Positions 61,444 through 64,000 of a stretch of 64,000 bases of DNA are shown in pieces. Positions within the stretch are counted from its first letter, which is position 1; each line of letters opens with the position of its first letter. The position numbers and the translations under genes are program-made. The notes under the pieces were generated by a model. That model saw only the letters and a list, made by a program, of their open reading frames with translations, had not been told where the DNA came from and did no database searches. Location of the stretch: contig CM082580.2 of NCBI GenBank assembly GCA_040954595.2, forward strand, positions 12,884,242-12,948,241, written 5' to 3'. This DNA comes from Balanoglossus misakiensis. Lineage: Eukaryota > Animalia > Hemichordata.

Positions 61444-64000
61444 ATGGATGGTGCCAATAATAAGGAAGACATATATGGGGCACCAACGGGTTGGACCACA
61501 ACCTGGGTGAGTGAGGGAATTGGATCAGCGTCTACTGTGACTGACAATGCTGAGGGCTCAGAGGAAGAACAAGATAAGGATAAGACACACCAAAGCACTG
61601 ATGAAAAGGTTGCCATGGAAGAAGATGTACCGGCAGCGGTGGTACAAAGCGGAGAAAACGTCGGCGAAACATCTAAGATCGAAGACCAGTCAAGTTTTGG
61701 GGGATCACCGGCTTCACTGAACAGCCTGGATGCGGAGAGAAGACCCAAACCGACCGCGAGGCAAGAAGAGAGGACCGAAGAGGTGCCCCCTTTGCAGCCT
61801 CTTCAAAGCGAAGAGGAGGATGGTTGCCCCAGCAACTGGGCCACGGATGGCTGGTCAGGTCCAGATGGGTTCTACTTGATTAAACTGAGAACGCATGTAA
61901 TTGACTATCGAAGCATTATTGCAGAGTTTGCGAAACAAGTTGAGGACTACAGCATTGTTCAGATTGAACGATTAGAGAACAGAGATTTGTGGGACAAATA
62001 TCTGTTTGAAAAGACGAGGATGCTGAGAAGTAGACCTCCAGGTAAGGCCAGGGATAAAGTTGATAGTTATGTTCAAGTGAGTACTTGCTAATAAACATGA
62101 ATGCAATATTGATTACTAGCTAATCTAAACTATAAGGCATGCAAATTCATAAGTAGTAAATAATGACTGACAAAATGAACTAATAGTCAATTTTCTCTGT
62201 CACCAGGTGCAGACTTGAATGAGTGCTACCTATATCATGGTACGACTGTAGAGAAAGAAATCATCGCTTCAGAGGGCCTAGATATGCGGAAAGGCAAGAT
62301 TGGCTTTTTTGGCAGAGGAATATACCTAAGGTATACAAACATTCTGACAGACAAGCTCAAATCTCTTACAAGGGTCAAGATCAGATGACATATTTTCCCA
62401 CTCAAACGATTCATTGTCTTTTTGACATCGTATCATTGTTGTTGGCAAGAATATGAAACTCTTGTTGAGAATGATCCATTTAATATCCATAGATGAGCTA
62501 AGAATATATTACTGATTCTAATTTGATGTTAATATTGTGGACCATGCTTGGATATGCCATAATGCATGAAAATGGAAACATGGTGCCATTGATGCTATTT
62601 TTTGTTCATGTTGCAGTGATAACATCAACAAATGTCTGCAGTACACATCCAAACGGACAGAAAAATCTAATTTGCCATACATACTCAAGTGCCGTGTCTT
62701 GCTTGGCGACTCCAAGGTAGGCTACAACAAGAAATTCTTTTCAGTCAAAACTTAGTCGTTTAATCTGATTATGTTCATCTATTATAAGATTAAATTCCCT
62801 ATGTTTCCTTTGTAGGTCTACGAAAACAAACAGACAAACAAAGACTTGGTAAGAGAACCAATACGAGAGAATCCCAAACCAGGAGAATCCAAATATTACG
62901 ATTCAGTCAAGGTAAAAGCTGATTAAAGAGTTTTATAAGATACATGTATGTAGTGGCAGGTACAGGTATGTTAATATGCTGGCATATAAAAAGGAAATAT
63001 CCACTGCAAGAGTTTATTTTCCCACTGATTGCAAATTTGCTCTTCTTTTACCAGGGTAATGTCCTTGGACATGATGAATACGTTGTCTACCACAACGTCC
63101 GGGTGATGCCGGAGTACATTGTCACCTACAGAGAAAAGTCAGCCCAGCCATCTCCGGGTAATTCCATCAAGCTCAATACGGGGTTGTCGCGCCCAAAAAG
63201 CAAACCTCCGCCCCCTACCAGCAATGTGGAGTCTTCAAATACAACAGCGCCGGCACTGCAAAAGCCACAAAGCTCACTCACTGGGAATGCAGAAAGTACT
63301 CAATCACGGAAGCCAGCTGCAGTATCACAAGTTGATCATGGACGTCAAAGACAGACTGTGGCCGGGGCCAGCACTCAGCATGATGAGGACAGCAGGTGGA
63401 GGGCTGTCAGCAGCAGTGCCTCGCCATGGCGGGTTGGCATGGCGACTGAGCCGCAGGACACTGGGAAGGAACAGTTATCTAATGAATTTGCACAGAGTAT
63501 CAAAACAGATACAAGAGCAGCCGGGGCTTCGTCGTGGCGTGGTAAGACCGAAGAGGTGTCGCAAGAGGTGTGGACGACTCAGAAAGAGGAGATTTCCAAC
63601 GAATTAAAGGAGAACATTGAAGCAGATGCTGCATGGCGTGGCAACCCAGATGAATTGTCACAAGAAGTGTCGCAAGGGGAGTACTCAGAAGAGCTCAGAA
63701 TGAACGAACAGGCTGTGGCTGAGATGGAACAGGAGAAAGACAGGTCCGAGGTGGCGGTGAAGGGCCAACTACTGTCGTGGGGGCCTCAGAATCCTGAGCA
63801 ACATGACAAAAAGCTGGAGGCCGTTAGAACCAAACTCCAGAAGAAACACAGAAGATTCAAAGATTATAAGAAGCCCCCTCCGGAAAGCCAGGCTGCCAGT
63901 GATGCAGCCAAATCTCACGATGAACAAATCGAAGAAATTAGGCAAATCATGAAAGATAAAAACAAGAAAGATAATCAGGCAGCCACAACACCCAAACCTA
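61444..64000 (+). CDS. PARP (ART-D) catalytic-domain protein with H-Y-E triad followed by a long low-complexity tail; 3' incomplete
   Basis: Exons 61444-62041, 62207-62330, 62617-62716, 62816-62911 and 63055->64000; phases 1, 2, 0, 0. Motifs: IVQIERLENRDLWDKY, NECYLYHGT, GFFGRGIYLSD, KCRVLLG, YDSV, HDEYVVY, VMPEYIVTY. The start codon is tentative. Confidence 0.88.

Noticed and set aside
62042-62091. Read-through of the PARP exon to the second donor at 62076
   Set aside because: The next exon needs phase 1, which only the donor after 62041 provides.

Overview
Eukaryotic (animal) genomic DNA with GT-AG spliceosomal introns. The gene content suggests a marine invertebrate, probably a deuterostome; this is inference. 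From left to right: (1) a ~7.3 kb array of an 87-bp AT-rich satellite, whose long 'ORFs' are artefacts; (2) a complete 17-exon GABA-B-type class C GPCR gene (- strand, ~809 aa) with a decayed L2-type LINE in intron 1; (3) two tandem, divergent paralogues (A and B) of a coiled-coil family I do not recognise (- strand, ~739 and ~796 aa); (4) a single replication-dependent core histone quartet (H3, H4, H2B, H2A; no H1) lying entirely inside the last intron of paralogue B; (5) an 18-exon tousled-like kinase gene (- strand); (6) a divergently transcribed PARP-domain gene (+ strand, runs off the window). The nested histone cassette is the most striking system. It fills ~4.2 of the 4.8 kb intron and places three histone 3'-cleavage signals in the sense orientation of the host pre-mRNA. 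It has a near-consensus CTCF motif at one edge, and three of its 3' UTRs carry a second, covarying hairpin just after the stop codon. All exon models were built by hand from splice signals and reading-frame phase; there is no transcript evidence.
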